NCBI GenBank assembly: GCA_049517415.1
Contig: JBEKSC010000002.1
Span: 110,147 to 174,146, forward strand
Origin: Candidatus Bathyarchaeia archaeon
GTDB taxonomy: Archaea; Thermoproteota; Bathyarchaeia; 40CM-2-53-6
Length of the DNA: 64,000 nucleotides
Reading direction: 5' to 3'
The notes beneath the pieces were generated by a model. It was not told the origin of the DNA, searched no databases, and was given only the letters and a program-made list of their open reading frames with translations. Shown piece by piece: positions 29,000 through 38,355 of this stretch. Position numbers and translations under genes: made by a program. Each line of letters starts with the position of its first letter. Position 1 is the stretch's first letter.

Positions 29000-29611
29000 T
29001 TGTTGCCCGATACCTCAGTTGTGATAGCTCTTATAGTAATGGAACTTCTTATACTGCTGAATCTTGCGATGTCGAGTGATGAGGACGCAGTTGTAGTAGG
29101 CATCATGAGCCTAGGGGTCGTGGCTGCCCTTGGTATCTTGGAAGCCCCAGCTTATGTTCCTTTGTCGTTAAAGGTTATTTGGTTAATTTGCGACGCTGCC
29201 CTAATCGTTCTTCTCTGTTATTGGTACATTTCGACGAAGCGTGCTGAGAGATTTCTTTTTGTGATTAAACCAACCCTTGCTCAATGGGCTAAAATGGTCG
29301 TCAACTATGCGAGTGGAAGGATTGTCATAGTTCAAGCTGGGATACCATCGAATGGGCGTTACCATGTCGTCCAAGAATTGTCTCATTTTGCTGAAGCCAA
29401 AGAATACTTGGAGCGGCGTTACAAAGATATCTATGGTAAGTGGACTGAAGCCAATTCAGATGTTAAGAATTACAATGATTTGATTGACCGTGGCGAACAG
29501 GATACAGCATTATCTGCTCGGTATAAGTTGGGAGCTGTTGAAAGGTTAGACGCTTTTCGTAGAGACTTAACGACCCTATTGGAGAGGATAGATCTCGGTA
29601 AGGAGAGTTGA
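29000..29611 (+). CDS. membrane protein (3 N-terminal TM helices)
   Basis: Hydrophobic N-terminus, soluble helical C-terminus. Confidence 0.6.
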   Translation: MLPDTSVVIALIVMELLILLNLAMSSDEDAVVVGIMSLGVVAALGILEAPAYVPLSLKVIWLICDAALIVLLCYWYISTKRAERFLFVIKPTLAQWAKMVVNYASGRIVIVQAGIPSNGRYHVVQELSHFAEAKEYLERRYKDIYGKWTEANSDVKNYNDLIDRGEQDTALSARYKLGAVERLDAFRRDLTTLLERIDLGKES

Positions 29612-29982
29612 AGTTAGGTGATGGGCTCAACATACACGGCTTAATACTTGCTTTCTGTATGATTGTCAACCACTTGTCCTTGCCAAAATCAGGGTTACCT
29701 TACAGATTATAGCCCAATAAATTCGGCTACGTAGGAGTAGGAATTATCTATCATCGTAGTAGTAATAGTAATTCGATCGTTATTTCTTTACTGTGGGTTT
29801 AGGTTAATGGGTTACTGTGACTCGTTTCTTGTGTACTTGCCGTTTACGGTTAGTATTGGTTGCTACATGTGTACCTGGACTGGTCTGAGTTAGTCGTGTT
29901 CCTCGTGAGGGCTGTTAACTTACTGGTATGCGACTTCCGAATGGTGAGAATTCTGCAGTAATCAAGTTAAGAGTAGTACCTG

Positions 29983-30016
29983 GCCTCGCCGCTGTGAGGC
30001 TTCCTTTCTTTTCTTC
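29983..30016 (+). terminator. hairpin plus pyrimidine tract
   Basis: GCCTCG-CCGCTG-TGAGGC followed by TTCCTTTCTTTTCTT. Confidence 0.35.
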
Positions 30017-30370
30017 ATGCGACCTCAAACAGCCCGTAATCAAACCTCTAATCTAACCCGCATAAGTATCGAATCGATATAGATTACCATAACTTATGGG
30101 AGTGCGTAGACTGATAGAGATGGTCAACCGATCCTAAGCACGGTTAATTATATGGCGTCGAATCGGAGCTTAATTCAGGTCGTTAGCGTTTAATTTACCC
30201 GTAAGTTTCCTGTTGGGGATGCCGTTTGCTAGCTTAACTCTGAAGGGGATGCCGCAAGGCTCCGGAAGCCTCCCCCCATTAGACGTTTAACTTAGGGATG
30301 TTTGGCGTTACCGCAATCTTAGAACGTTAGTTATGGAGTAATAAGTACTTGAACGTTGGAAGCCTACACC

Positions 30371-30865
30371 ATGAGTAAACGAGTCATAATTCTCCTGTTA
30401 GTTACGTTAATTGGTTTAACGATTAGCGACTTTACGCCTGCTTATGGGCAATTCAATGGTTACCCTCAAACCAGCCCCGCAAACCCGACAGCTAATCAAC
30501 CAATTACTTTCAGTGTGACAATCTCGAACTCAGAAGTATACCTGGTTACATTTTCCATCTACCCTAACGCGTCCTTGAACTTATGTGATACTGGAGACTG
30601 GCTCCAGCTTAGTCCGTCCCTAACGCTTCATGCTTCGCCTAATAGTGAAAATGTTTGGAGCGCCACCTCAACGGCGGGCCTGCCTGCTGGGCTATACGGC
30701 CTTGTAGTCTACGCTTACTATGCTAATGTTGGTAGCCCAATGTGCACCGTCTTTAGGGTAGCGAAGCCGACGCTTCCCGTCCCTGAATCTAATGCAATCC
30801 AAATCGTAGCGTTCATGGCGCTCGCAGCTTCGCTATACTTACTACGACGCAGGAGGAACGAGTAA
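30371..30865 (+). CDS. secreted surface protein with PEF-CTERM-like sorting signal
   Basis: Signal peptide; PVPES + TM helix + RRRR. Confidence 0.75.
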   Translation: MSKRVIILLLVTLIGLTISDFTPAYGQFNGYPQTSPANPTANQPITFSVTISNSEVYLVTFSIYPNASLNLCDTGDWLQLSPSLTLHASPNSENVWSATSTAGLPAGLYGLVVYAYYANVGSPMCTVFRVAKPTLPVPESNAIQIVAFMALAASLYLLRRRRNE

Positions 30866-31338
30866 TGCGGAATGCATGGATAATCGTCGTCACCGTCTTC
30901 CTTCTATTCACGCCTCTAGCGGTTAGTGTGGCGTACGGACAGCAGTTCAGCATAACGACTTCCCCGCCAGTTCCTGTGGCCGGTCAATCTTTTACGTTTC
31001 ATGTGGTAAGTGTTCCGCTTAGTCAGAATATGCTTATGTACCAAATACTGACTACGGGCTGTCCGCAAATCCAGTGGAATACCACACCTCTTTCTCCTGT
31101 CGTTTCGAGTGATAAGAACGGTGACTTCGATTACACGCTAAGCTCAGGGTTGCCAGCAGGTTTCTACTGCATTCTCCTAATGTCGGACAATGGGAAGAAC
31201 AATGGGGATTTCTCTGAAGTTTTCGGCATGTCAATAGTGGTTTCGCCTGCCAAGCCCGTGCCTGAGTTCAGCGCAACCGAAATCGTAGCGTTCACGGCCC
31301 TTGCAGCTTCCCTAATCGTTCTACGGCGGAGACACTAA
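30865..31338 (+). CDS. secreted surface protein with PEF-CTERM sorting signal (paralog of the previous gene)
   Basis: Signal peptide; shared TSP.xP.A.Q..TF and GLPAG.Y motifs; PVPEF + TM + RRRH. Confidence 0.8.
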   Translation: MRNAWIIVVTVFLLFTPLAVSVAYGQQFSITTSPPVPVAGQSFTFHVVSVPLSQNMLMYQILTTGCPQIQWNTTPLSPVVSSDKNGDFDYTLSSGLPAGFYCILLMSDNGKNNGDFSEVFGMSIVVSPAKPVPEFSATEIVAFTALAASLIVLRRRH

Positions 31339-31368
31339 GACCCTAACGCTTGTATGAGTAATAATAAC

Positions 31369-31806
31369 TCATTTTTGGGTTGATTTTCCGTGTTTCTTAA
31401 TTAAAATGAATTTCTGAACAAAAATCCTCGTGTACTCCTCTAAATCCAACTTCAAAGCTTCTTCAGGTTTAACCCAAACGTAATCCTGCAGCTCCCGCCC
31501 ATCCAACTTCACCTTAGAACTCTTCGCTTTCAGAACATAGTCCATGAAGATGAAGTGTTCGTGCTTGTGAAAGCCCTTCGGGTAAATTGCCTGCTGAACG
31601 ATCAGCAGTTCAACCGGTTCGGCCTCCAAGCCTGTCTCCTCCTTCACCTCTCGCCTAATCGCATCCTCCGACCGTTCTCCAAGCTCAATATGGCCGCCTG
31701 GGACGGTGTACTTGTCGCCCCACTTGTGCGAGCGAACAATGAGAACCTCGCCCTTCTCGTTTACGACGAGGGCGCCGACTGTGGCTTCAGGGTAAGTTTG
31801 GGTCAA
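31369..31806 (-). CDS. NUDIX hydrolase (C-terminus supplied by the element)
   Basis: PGGHIELGERSEDAIRREVKEETGL Nudix box. Confidence 0.92.
   Translation of the reverse strand: MTQTYPEATVGALVVNEKGEVLIVRSHKWGDKYTVPGGHIELGERSEDAIRREVKEETGLEAEPVELLIVQQAIYPKGFHKHEHFIFMDYVLKAKSSKVKLDGRELQDYVWVKPEEALKLDLEEYTRIFVQKFILIKKHGKSTQK
31416..31425. repeat. attR core GAACAAAAAT
   Basis: Identical to 24515-24524; lies inside the NUDIX CDS. Confidence 0.8.
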
Positions 31807-31857
31807 AGTAACACTTTCTCGGAAGGAAGCGTCTTAGGTCACTCCAGTTGCTGGGCT

Positions 31858-32046
31858 CTAGCTCCTGCCCATCATCGTACCGATAACTCCAACGACAGAG
31901 ATCAGGCCCCCAACTATCAAAATGAGGGGCTCCTGTGTTCTTAGGTAGACTAGGCCTGTGAAGACGATCAGTGCCATTAGGCCTGTGACGTTGACCATGG
32001 CTACTCTTGTTTGCGGCCTCAAGCCCGTGCACCAACTAGCAATCAA
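31858..32046 (-). CDS. small two-TM membrane protein
   Basis: Two hydrophobic segments. Confidence 0.5.
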   Translation of the reverse strand: MIASWCTGLRPQTRVAMVNVTGLMALIVFTGLVYLRTQEPLILIVGGLISVVGVIGTMMGRS

Positions 32047-32231
32047 TCAAGAGCTCCCCGTAGCCATCTATATTTCTATTCTTCCAAGGGAATCTAATAA
32101 CAAGGCAAACCGCATTTAGAGGGAAGGCGGCGCAGTTCATCTTGAGTACGACACCGAAACGTACTACGCGCAACTTGCGCTGACTAAAGCGGATGAAGAC
32201 AGCTGGAGGCTGAGTCACGCCAACAACTCCT

Positions 32232-33398
32232 TTGATCCCTGTTCTGAACAGGTTCTCCGCGGACGTAGTCAAACTCACGGAGGAAGTGTATGCCACCGAA
32301 ACGCTTGCCGTACTTGAGGCACTAACGAAACCCGTTGGAACATATTATGTCCGCTGCAACACCTCCAAGCTCTCAGCAAAAGAACTTCTGAACAGCCTTC
32401 AGCAGAGGGGCCTCAAAGTCATCCAACATCCACTAGTCCCCGAAGCCCTAGGCATTCAAGTGGAAGGCCCCTTCGAGATTCCACCCGCCGAACGAAGGGT
32501 TGTTGTGGATAAGCATACTGCTGAGTCGGTCTTGCAAGGCGCGAACGTTTACGCCCCAGGAATTCTAAACTGCGAGGGCCTTAGGTTCGGGGAGGATGTT
32601 GCTGTCGTCTCTGAGCTAGGGGATGAGCTTGCAACCGGTGCGGCGAACATGAGCGCGAACGACATCCTAACCTTCAGGAAGGGCCTGGCTGTTCAGGTAA
32701 AGCACAGGCGTTACACGGCCCCTCAGGTGAGGGATTTACCAGAATTCTCGGAGGGTCTGCTCTACCCGCAGTCGCTCGCGGCCATGGTAACAGCCCACGC
32801 GCTCGACCCTCAAGAGGGCGAGACCGTTGTTGATATGAACTGCTCGCCAGGCGGAAAACTATCCCACCTCAGTCAGTTGACGCATAATTCTGGAAAAATT
32901 TTCGGCTTCGATAGAAACATAGAGAAGGTAGGGCAGGCTCGTCAGACGCTAACGCGTTTGGGCTGTAGGAATGTTACACTTTCGATTCGTGATACCAGGT
33001 ACTTGCACCTAGACTTGGCTGATTTGCAATCCGACCGCACCTTGATCGACCCGCCATGCAGCGCTCTCGGCCTCAGGCCCAAAGTCTACGACTTCTCGAC
33101 CATAGACCGCGTGAATAACTTAGCAAATTATCAGAAACAATTCATCAAAGCTGGAAGCAAGGTAACAAAACCAGGGGGAATTATCGTCTATAGCGTCTGC
33201 ACCTACACAACACAGGAATGCGAGCGAGCAGTCGAATTCGCCGAGCACGACTGCGGGCTCAGTGTAGTGGAACAAAAGCTATTCCTTGGTTCAAAAGGCC
33301 TCGCGGCGCTCACGCCATCCGCCAGCAGTTGTCAAAGATTCAACCCAAACGTAGATGAAATCGGATACTTCATCGCAAAATTCCAACGCCAAGCATGA
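32232..33398 (+). CDS. RsmB/NOP family RNA m5C methyltransferase with PUA domain (NSUN6-like)
   Basis: GANVYAPGI (PUA), DMNCSPGGK, DPPCSALG.RP, YSVCT. Confidence 0.88.
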   Translation: MIPVLNRFSADVVKLTEEVYATETLAVLEALTKPVGTYYVRCNTSKLSAKELLNSLQQRGLKVIQHPLVPEALGIQVEGPFEIPPAERRVVVDKHTAESVLQGANVYAPGILNCEGLRFGEDVAVVSELGDELATGAANMSANDILTFRKGLAVQVKHRRYTAPQVRDLPEFSEGLLYPQSLAAMVTAHALDPQEGETVVDMNCSPGGKLSHLSQLTHNSGKIFGFDRNIEKVGQARQTLTRLGCRNVTLSIRDTRYLHLDLADLQSDRTLIDPPCSALGLRPKVYDFSTIDRVNNLANYQKQFIKAGSKVTKPGGIIVYSVCTYTTQECERAVEFAEHDCGLSVVEQKLFLGSKGLAALTPSASSCQRFNPNVDEIGYFIAKFQRQA

Positions 33399-33442
33399 AG
33401 TTTTAACGCCCAACTCTCCCGAATAATGGACAGGGAAATTAG

Positions 33443-33733
33443 TTGGAGTTGCCCGAGAACGTTCTGACGAAAGGGAAGGCTGGAAAACTTGAGGTTAGGG
33501 CCCTCGACTCACGCGGGAGGTATGTGATGTGCAAGTACCTCGACGCGAAGACAATGAAACCCGCCGATAAGAAGCGCAAGCTCATGCTTAAGGACCAGAA
33601 TGGGAATGTGCTCGAATATTTCATCATCCCGATAAAGGACCCCAAGCGCGCGCTTCTCCTAACCGCAAGTTCTGAAGAGAAGGAACGTCAAGTCTGGAAC
33701 GAAAGCCAAGGAAAAGCTGAGGATATCTGGTAA
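33443..33733 (+). CDS. hypothetical protein
   Basis: Compact ORF with plausible composition. Confidence 0.6.
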   Translation: MELPENVLTKGKAGKLEVRALDSRGRYVMCKYLDAKTMKPADKKRKLMLKDQNGNVLEYFIIPIKDPKRALLLTASSEEKERQVWNESQGKAEDIW

Positions 33734-33743
33734 CACAATCCGC

Positions 33744-34352
33744 CTAGGGCGCGACGGGCAAGATTTGAATTAAAGACTTCAATGGGACGCCATCAATCTT
33801 CGTCTTACCACTCTTATTGACCAAGACAAGAACGCCTACAGGCTTGGCCTTCGCCTTTCGCAAAGTCTGTATCGCTGCCCTATGAGTCTGACCGGCCCGT
33901 AGAACGGCGTCTACAATCAGCACCTTCTTTCCGGCAACTTTGTGAAACGAGGGGTTGACCAAACCTGGCAGTTTCTTATGTGCTACACGTGGGGGGCGAA
34001 CGGCCGCGAATGGCTTGTCGAGTTCTTTGGCTATAGCCACGCTGAGAACCATCCCACTCCCTTCAACCGCAACAATCACGTCAGGTTCACCAAACTCCAA
34101 TGCACGAACCGATTCCCGAATTAAATCCGCTAACGCCGAAGCAACAGCAGCCATTCGCTTTCCATGCGCGCCTATAGTGCTCCAGTCAACGAAAACGTCA
34201 TGGGGCGGAGGTCTCGAAGCTCGCTCCTTACCTTTCAACAGTAACCAGACGACTGTGTCTGGCTGAACCTTCAATTCGTCGGCTATCTCATACGTTGACA
34301 GCCCTCTGGACTTTAGTTCCTGCGTCCGTTTGACCAATTCACGCGAGGCCAT
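33744..34352 (-). CDS. orotate phosphoribosyltransferase-like protein with N-terminal HTH (GfcR-like)
   Basis: ELKSRGLSTYEIADEL...WLL, DVFVDWS, VLIVDAVL. Confidence 0.82.
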   Translation of the reverse strand: MASRELVKRTQELKSRGLSTYEIADELKVQPDTVVWLLLKGKERASRPPPHDVFVDWSTIGAHGKRMAAVASALADLIRESVRALEFGEPDVIVAVEGSGMVLSVAIAKELDKPFAAVRPPRVAHKKLPGLVNPSFHKVAGKKVLIVDAVLRAGQTHRAAIQTLRKAKAKPVGVLVLVNKSGKTKIDGVPLKSLIQILPVAP

Positions 34353-34402
34353 TCAGTCGAACCCACACCACGCTATCATTGACCGAGGTCTTATAAGAGG
34401 TA

Positions 34403-35437
34403 ATGAGCCACTCAACTCCTTCGCAACACCCCCGCGCAGTCACCGAAGGAAAGATGTCGTTGGTCGAAACTTCCCCCACAGCTAATACAGCTCAGAAGGA
34501 TTCATTCGAAATTTCACGTCAAGAAGTTCGCGGGCCAATGAATTTGCAGGAAACGGTCCTGAGCGCCCAAACCTCAGAACCTGAATGGGTAAGGGAAGGC
34601 GCGTCCTTTGTTGACATCGAAGAGTTGGATGGCACACCCGTCAAGTACACCTTAAGCCAGGTGGGGGGCGTGGATGATTTCAAACTCAATGTGAACGCAA
34701 TTTCGCAAACGCACAATGAGCGAATGGCCGCTGGCCTACGGTCGCATTTGAAGCGTGTTCTCGGTTTAAGCGACAACTTGGAGTCATTCTACGATAAATT
34801 TACTCATGAAGCCGAACCGCTTCAGTCAACTTTCGCGCACCTTAGGGGCCTTCGCCTCATGCGCGGAACCAACCTCTATGAAAGCCTGATCTGCTCCATC
34901 CTCTCACAGAATAACTCAGCACTACTCTGGAACCGAACCGCGAGGCTTCTCATGCGCCTCTATGGCCACAGAGTTCATTTCTCCGACGGGACCACATCGT
35001 TCCTATTTCCGAGACCAGAAGCTATGGCTGCACTGAAGCCAAGAGAACTTCGCTCGAAGACATCCATGGGGTACAGGGCGAAGCCTGTCGTTCAGGTCTC
35101 CCGTTTGGTTGCCGCCGGGAAATTACCCCTCGATAACTTCCTTACGCAGCATTATGACAAGGCTATGGAGGCACTCATTGACCTTCCCGGTGTTGGCCCT
35201 AAAGTTGCGGATTGCTTCCTACTATACGGGGCAGGTCGACTCGAAGCCGCCCCCGTCGACGTCTGGATTCATAGAGTAGTCACAAAGCTGTACTTTAGGG
35301 GGAGAAAGGTTAGCAGGCTCAAGACCGCACGGTTTCTGCGCGACCGCTTCGGAGAATGGGCGGGGTACGCGCAATTGTACCTCTTCGACTTCGCACGCCG
35401 CGGCGGCATCGGCAAGGCAACTAAAGCTAGCAAGTAG
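34403..35437 (+). CDS. 8-oxoguanine DNA glycosylase (OGG1 family)
   Basis: ILSQNN, MGYRAK, LPGVGPKVADC, PVDVWI, WAGYAQLYLF. Confidence 0.85.
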   Translation: MSHSTPSQHPRAVTEGKMSLVETSPTANTAQKDSFEISRQEVRGPMNLQETVLSAQTSEPEWVREGASFVDIEELDGTPVKYTLSQVGGVDDFKLNVNAISQTHNERMAAGLRSHLKRVLGLSDNLESFYDKFTHEAEPLQSTFAHLRGLRLMRGTNLYESLICSILSQNNSALLWNRTARLLMRLYGHRVHFSDGTTSFLFPRPEAMAALKPRELRSKTSMGYRAKPVVQVSRLVAAGKLPLDNFLTQHYDKAMEALIDLPGVGPKVADCFLLYGAGRLEAAPVDVWIHRVVTKLYFRGRKVSRLKTARFLRDRFGEWAGYAQLYLFDFARRGGIGKATKASK

Positions 35438-35450
35438 ATGATGGCGGTCT

Positions 35451-35978
35451 CTAGGCGTGGCGCCCCTTTGCGGCCTGTTTCTGTACAGGTTTTCGTTTCA
35501 ACTTGGTTCCGCAGACTAAGCAGACCTGAGAATCTGCTTGAGCGTACCGCCTATAGCAAGCGGGGCAATAGTAAGTCCAACTGAACTTCTCTCGGATTCC
35601 TAACGTGGCCAAGGGCTGGTAGGCTATACCAATCCCTTCCGCAACATTTTGCACAGCATAATCGTCGCTCACAATGACAGGCGTCTTCCCCTCACTACGA
35701 AGTTCAAGTGCCAAGGCCAAGACGCCCGTATCCGCTTTCGAAAGCACCACTCTATCCCCGAGTACCCTTGCCTTCTCAGCGACCTCCTCCAATGAAGCTG
35801 AGGTTGGACTCCGAATCCTAAGCTTCCCAGAAGACTTGGAAATCGCCAGCCTGTATGACGGGCCGGTTTGTTCTCGCAATTCATCTGTAACCTCGGGAAC
35901 CGAATAGCTTTCAAAATCAAGCCCAAGAGGGTCGAGGCCCATGATTAGGGCCGAAGTGTCTAGAACTAGAACTTTCAG
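35451..35978 (-). CDS. nob1: Nob1 endonuclease (PIN domain + Zn ribbon)
   Basis: KVLVLDTSALI upstream of the track ATG, LSKADTGVLALA, SDDYAVQNVA, CPAC...CLVCG; apparent CTG start at 35978. Confidence 0.88.
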   Translation of the reverse strand: MKVLVLDTSALIMGLDPLGLDFESYSVPEVTDELREQTGPSYRLAISKSSGKLRIRSPTSASLEEVAEKARVLGDRVVLSKADTGVLALALELRSEGKTPVIVSDDYAVQNVAEGIGIAYQPLATLGIREKFSWTYYCPACYRRYAQADSQVCLVCGTKLKRKPVQKQAAKGRHA

Positions 35979-36841
35979 AAACCTGCTCGCTCCATCTCGT
36001 GAAGGCGAGTTAGGCTTCCCAAGGGTGGGACGGGGCTTAACCGCACGAACACGGAGTAATGCTTAGCCTTGCGAACCGCCAACTTGACATCCTGGGAAAG
36101 CTCCCTTTGAAACCGCCCATCAGCGACGACGAGGGCCCTTAATTTTGGATTCGCCATTTGAATTGAAACAGACCTCTCCATCGACAGAACCGTCGGCCTC
36201 AAGAATTCAAGAGGGCAGATGAAAGTGACAACGAACGCATCCACCGTTGAATCAACTACGGGCCCACCCGCTGAAAGAGCGTAAGCCGTGGATCCTGTAG
36301 CGGTCGAGACGATGAGCCCGTCTCCCCTGAACTGCAGAAAAGGCTCAGAATCAACAGCAAGCCGGAGATCAAGCATCTTCGAGGGGCTTCCCGACGATAC
36401 CACGAGCTCATTGAGCGCGTCGACCACGTGTGTTCCGTTTAGGTCGACGGCGAGTTTTGCGCGTTTTTCTAGCCTGCATTTGCCCTTAGCGAAGAGTTCT
36501 ATGGCATGCTGAGCTTTAGTCGGTTCAACTTCAGTCAGGTAGCCGCGCCTTCCCATGTTCACAGCTAGAATTGGTGTCTCCGGTTCGGGGATGGTCATTG
36601 TTGTTTTGAGGACTGTTCCGTCTCCTCCCACGGTTACGATAAGGTCTGCTTTGAGATCCGACAAGTCCTTACCGCCGCCTAGTCGGCCTCGTTTTGCCAA
36701 TTCCAGTTCAGCTGTGACCGCTATACCCTTCTTCCTCAGCTGCTTAGCGAGGGTTGCCGCCACTTCAACGGCCTGCGGTTCATCGAGCCTAGAAACGAGG
36801 CCGACCTTCAAAGCCAATTTCGCTTCTCCGAGGGGAGACAC
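35975..36841 (-). CDS. nadK: NAD kinase
   Basis: GGDGTVL, ALNE, GDGLIVSTATGSTAYALSAGGP. Confidence 0.93.
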   Translation of the reverse strand: MSPLGEAKLALKVGLVSRLDEPQAVEVAATLAKQLRKKGIAVTAELELAKRGRLGGGKDLSDLKADLIVTVGGDGTVLKTTMTIPEPETPILAVNMGRRGYLTEVEPTKAQHAIELFAKGKCRLEKRAKLAVDLNGTHVVDALNELVVSSGSPSKMLDLRLAVDSEPFLQFRGDGLIVSTATGSTAYALSAGGPVVDSTVDAFVVTFICPLEFLRPTVLSMERSVSIQMANPKLRALVVADGRFQRELSQDVKLAVRKAKHYSVFVRLSPVPPLGSLTRLHEMERAGF

Positions 36842-36992
36842 TACCTGTCGTGAGGATAATTAAGTAATCCACTCAGGCCAAGGTTAGGTTTGGTTTCGCG
36901 AAACTTTGCGCGAAGGGCTGAATGACCAGACAAGCTTTTAGACGTAGAGGAGGCGTTAGGTGCTTTCGAGCTTAGCTTAAGGGCGAAGAAAA

Positions 36993-37388
36993 CTGAGCAA
37001 ACCTGTAGACGTTGGGACCCTAAAGATCGGCCACTACGTAGTTGTGGATGGGGAACCTTGCAAGATTGTTGAATATGAAAAATCAAAACCAGGCAAACAC
37101 GGAGCCGCGAAGGCTAGAATTGTAGCCATCAGTGTTACAACTGGAACAAAGAAGAACGTAATCAGCCCTGTAGACGCACGCATTGAAGTTCCAATGATAG
37201 AGAAGAAAACGGGACAGGTACTCGCTTTCATGGGCAACAACGTTCAGATCATGGACATGCAGTCCTACGAGACCTTCGAAACTCCAATGCCGGAGGAAGA
37301 GGAGATTAAAGCGAAACTGGCTCCAGGCGTCGAAGTTGAGTACTGGCAAATGCTGGGACAGAATAAGATAATGCGAACGAAGGGCTAA
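36993..37388 (+). CDS. eif5a: translation factor aIF5A
   Basis: [13 protein letters not shown] hypusine motif; N-terminal [12 protein letters not shown] begins at CTG 36993. Confidence 0.95.
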   Translation: MSKPVDVGTLKIGHYVVVDGEPCKIVEYEKSKPGKHGAAKARIVAISVTTGTKKNVISPVDARIEVPMIEKKTGQVLAFMGNNVQIMDMQSYETFETPMPEEEEIKAKLAPGVEVEYWQMLGQNKIMRTKG

Positions 37389-37423
37389 TTCTCCCGTTCC
37401 CACGCGCCTTAGGAGGCCCCCCG

Positions 37424-38353
37424 ATGCCTTTAGTCTCGCACATCAAACTGACGAAACGCATGTCACTTTCCGGCATTGCAAGGCAGATGGAATCGGTTAA
37501 AGTCCTTGGGCCCGGCCGTTTCGGGAAGGCAGTAACTATCCTTGGAGGCCTGTTTAGAGACGACGAGTGCGTCAAGCTGATTTCTCTTGCTGGCCCAATT
37601 GTCCCCGGAGGCCTTAGAACAATCATCGCAGACCTGATTGACGATGGCCTGCTAAATGGGGTCGTCACAACTGGCGCAAACGTAACACATGACATACTCG
37701 AAGCCCTAGGACATCGGCACATAGCGGGAACGGAACTGGCGGATGATAACAAACTGAAACGTCAAGGGCTATCCAGAATCTACGACCTTCTAGTCACCCA
37801 GAAAGCAATCGAACACCTAGAGAAAGCAACTCACCGCATGCTCAACCGCATCCCAGAAACAAGACGCCGCAACATAGCCAGCTACGAGTTACTATGGGAA
37901 TTCGGCAAGCAGATCAGGGACAGACGCTCGATTCTTCATATCGCATGGAAACGTAAAGTCCCCATCTTCTGCCCCGGCATTTTTGATTCAATGCTCGGGC
38001 TGAACCTGTGGACCTACAGCCGATTCAAGCCGCTCTTCATTAACCCGTTCAAGGATTTCTCAAGGCTTGTTGACCTAACTTACGAGAGAAAGAGAGTTGG
38101 GGCAATAATCCTTGGTGGCGGAATGCCGAAACACCATGTCCTAATCGCAAACTCATACAGGGGCGGCGTGGATGCAGCGATTCAAATAACACTCGACCGC
38201 CCCGAGGGTGGCGGTGCAAGCGGTGCACCTCTCGAAGAGGCGATTAGTTGGGGCAAAATCAAGACTCCTAATAGAATAGTCACGATCGTTGGAGACGCTA
38301 CGGTGATATTCCCTTTGCTTACTCTAGCGGCCCTAGAGAGGATGGGGAAGTAG
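37424..38353 (+). CDS. dys: deoxyhypusine synthase
   Basis: TTGANVTHD, GGGMPKHH, SGAPLEEAISWGKI; adjacent to aIF5A. Confidence 0.92.
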   Translation: MPLVSHIKLTKRMSLSGIARQMESVKVLGPGRFGKAVTILGGLFRDDECVKLISLAGPIVPGGLRTIIADLIDDGLLNGVVTTGANVTHDILEALGHRHIAGTELADDNKLKRQGLSRIYDLLVTQKAIEHLEKATHRMLNRIPETRRRNIASYELLWEFGKQIRDRRSILHIAWKRKVPIFCPGIFDSMLGLNLWTYSRFKPLFINPFKDFSRLVDLTYERKRVGAIILGGGMPKHHVLIANSYRGGVDAAIQITLDRPEGGGASGAPLEEAISWGKIKTPNRIVTIVGDATVIFPLLTLAALERMGK

Positions 38354-38355
38354 GC

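Larger units (their letters stand above)
24515..31425. mobile_element. ~6.9 kb integrative element (plasmid/virus/satellite-like) inserted in the NUDIX 3' end
   Basis: 10-bp direct repeat GAACAAAAAT at 24515-24524 and 31416-31425; integrase near the left end; visibly AT-richer; displaced NUDIX tail at 24492-24524. Confidence 0.85.
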
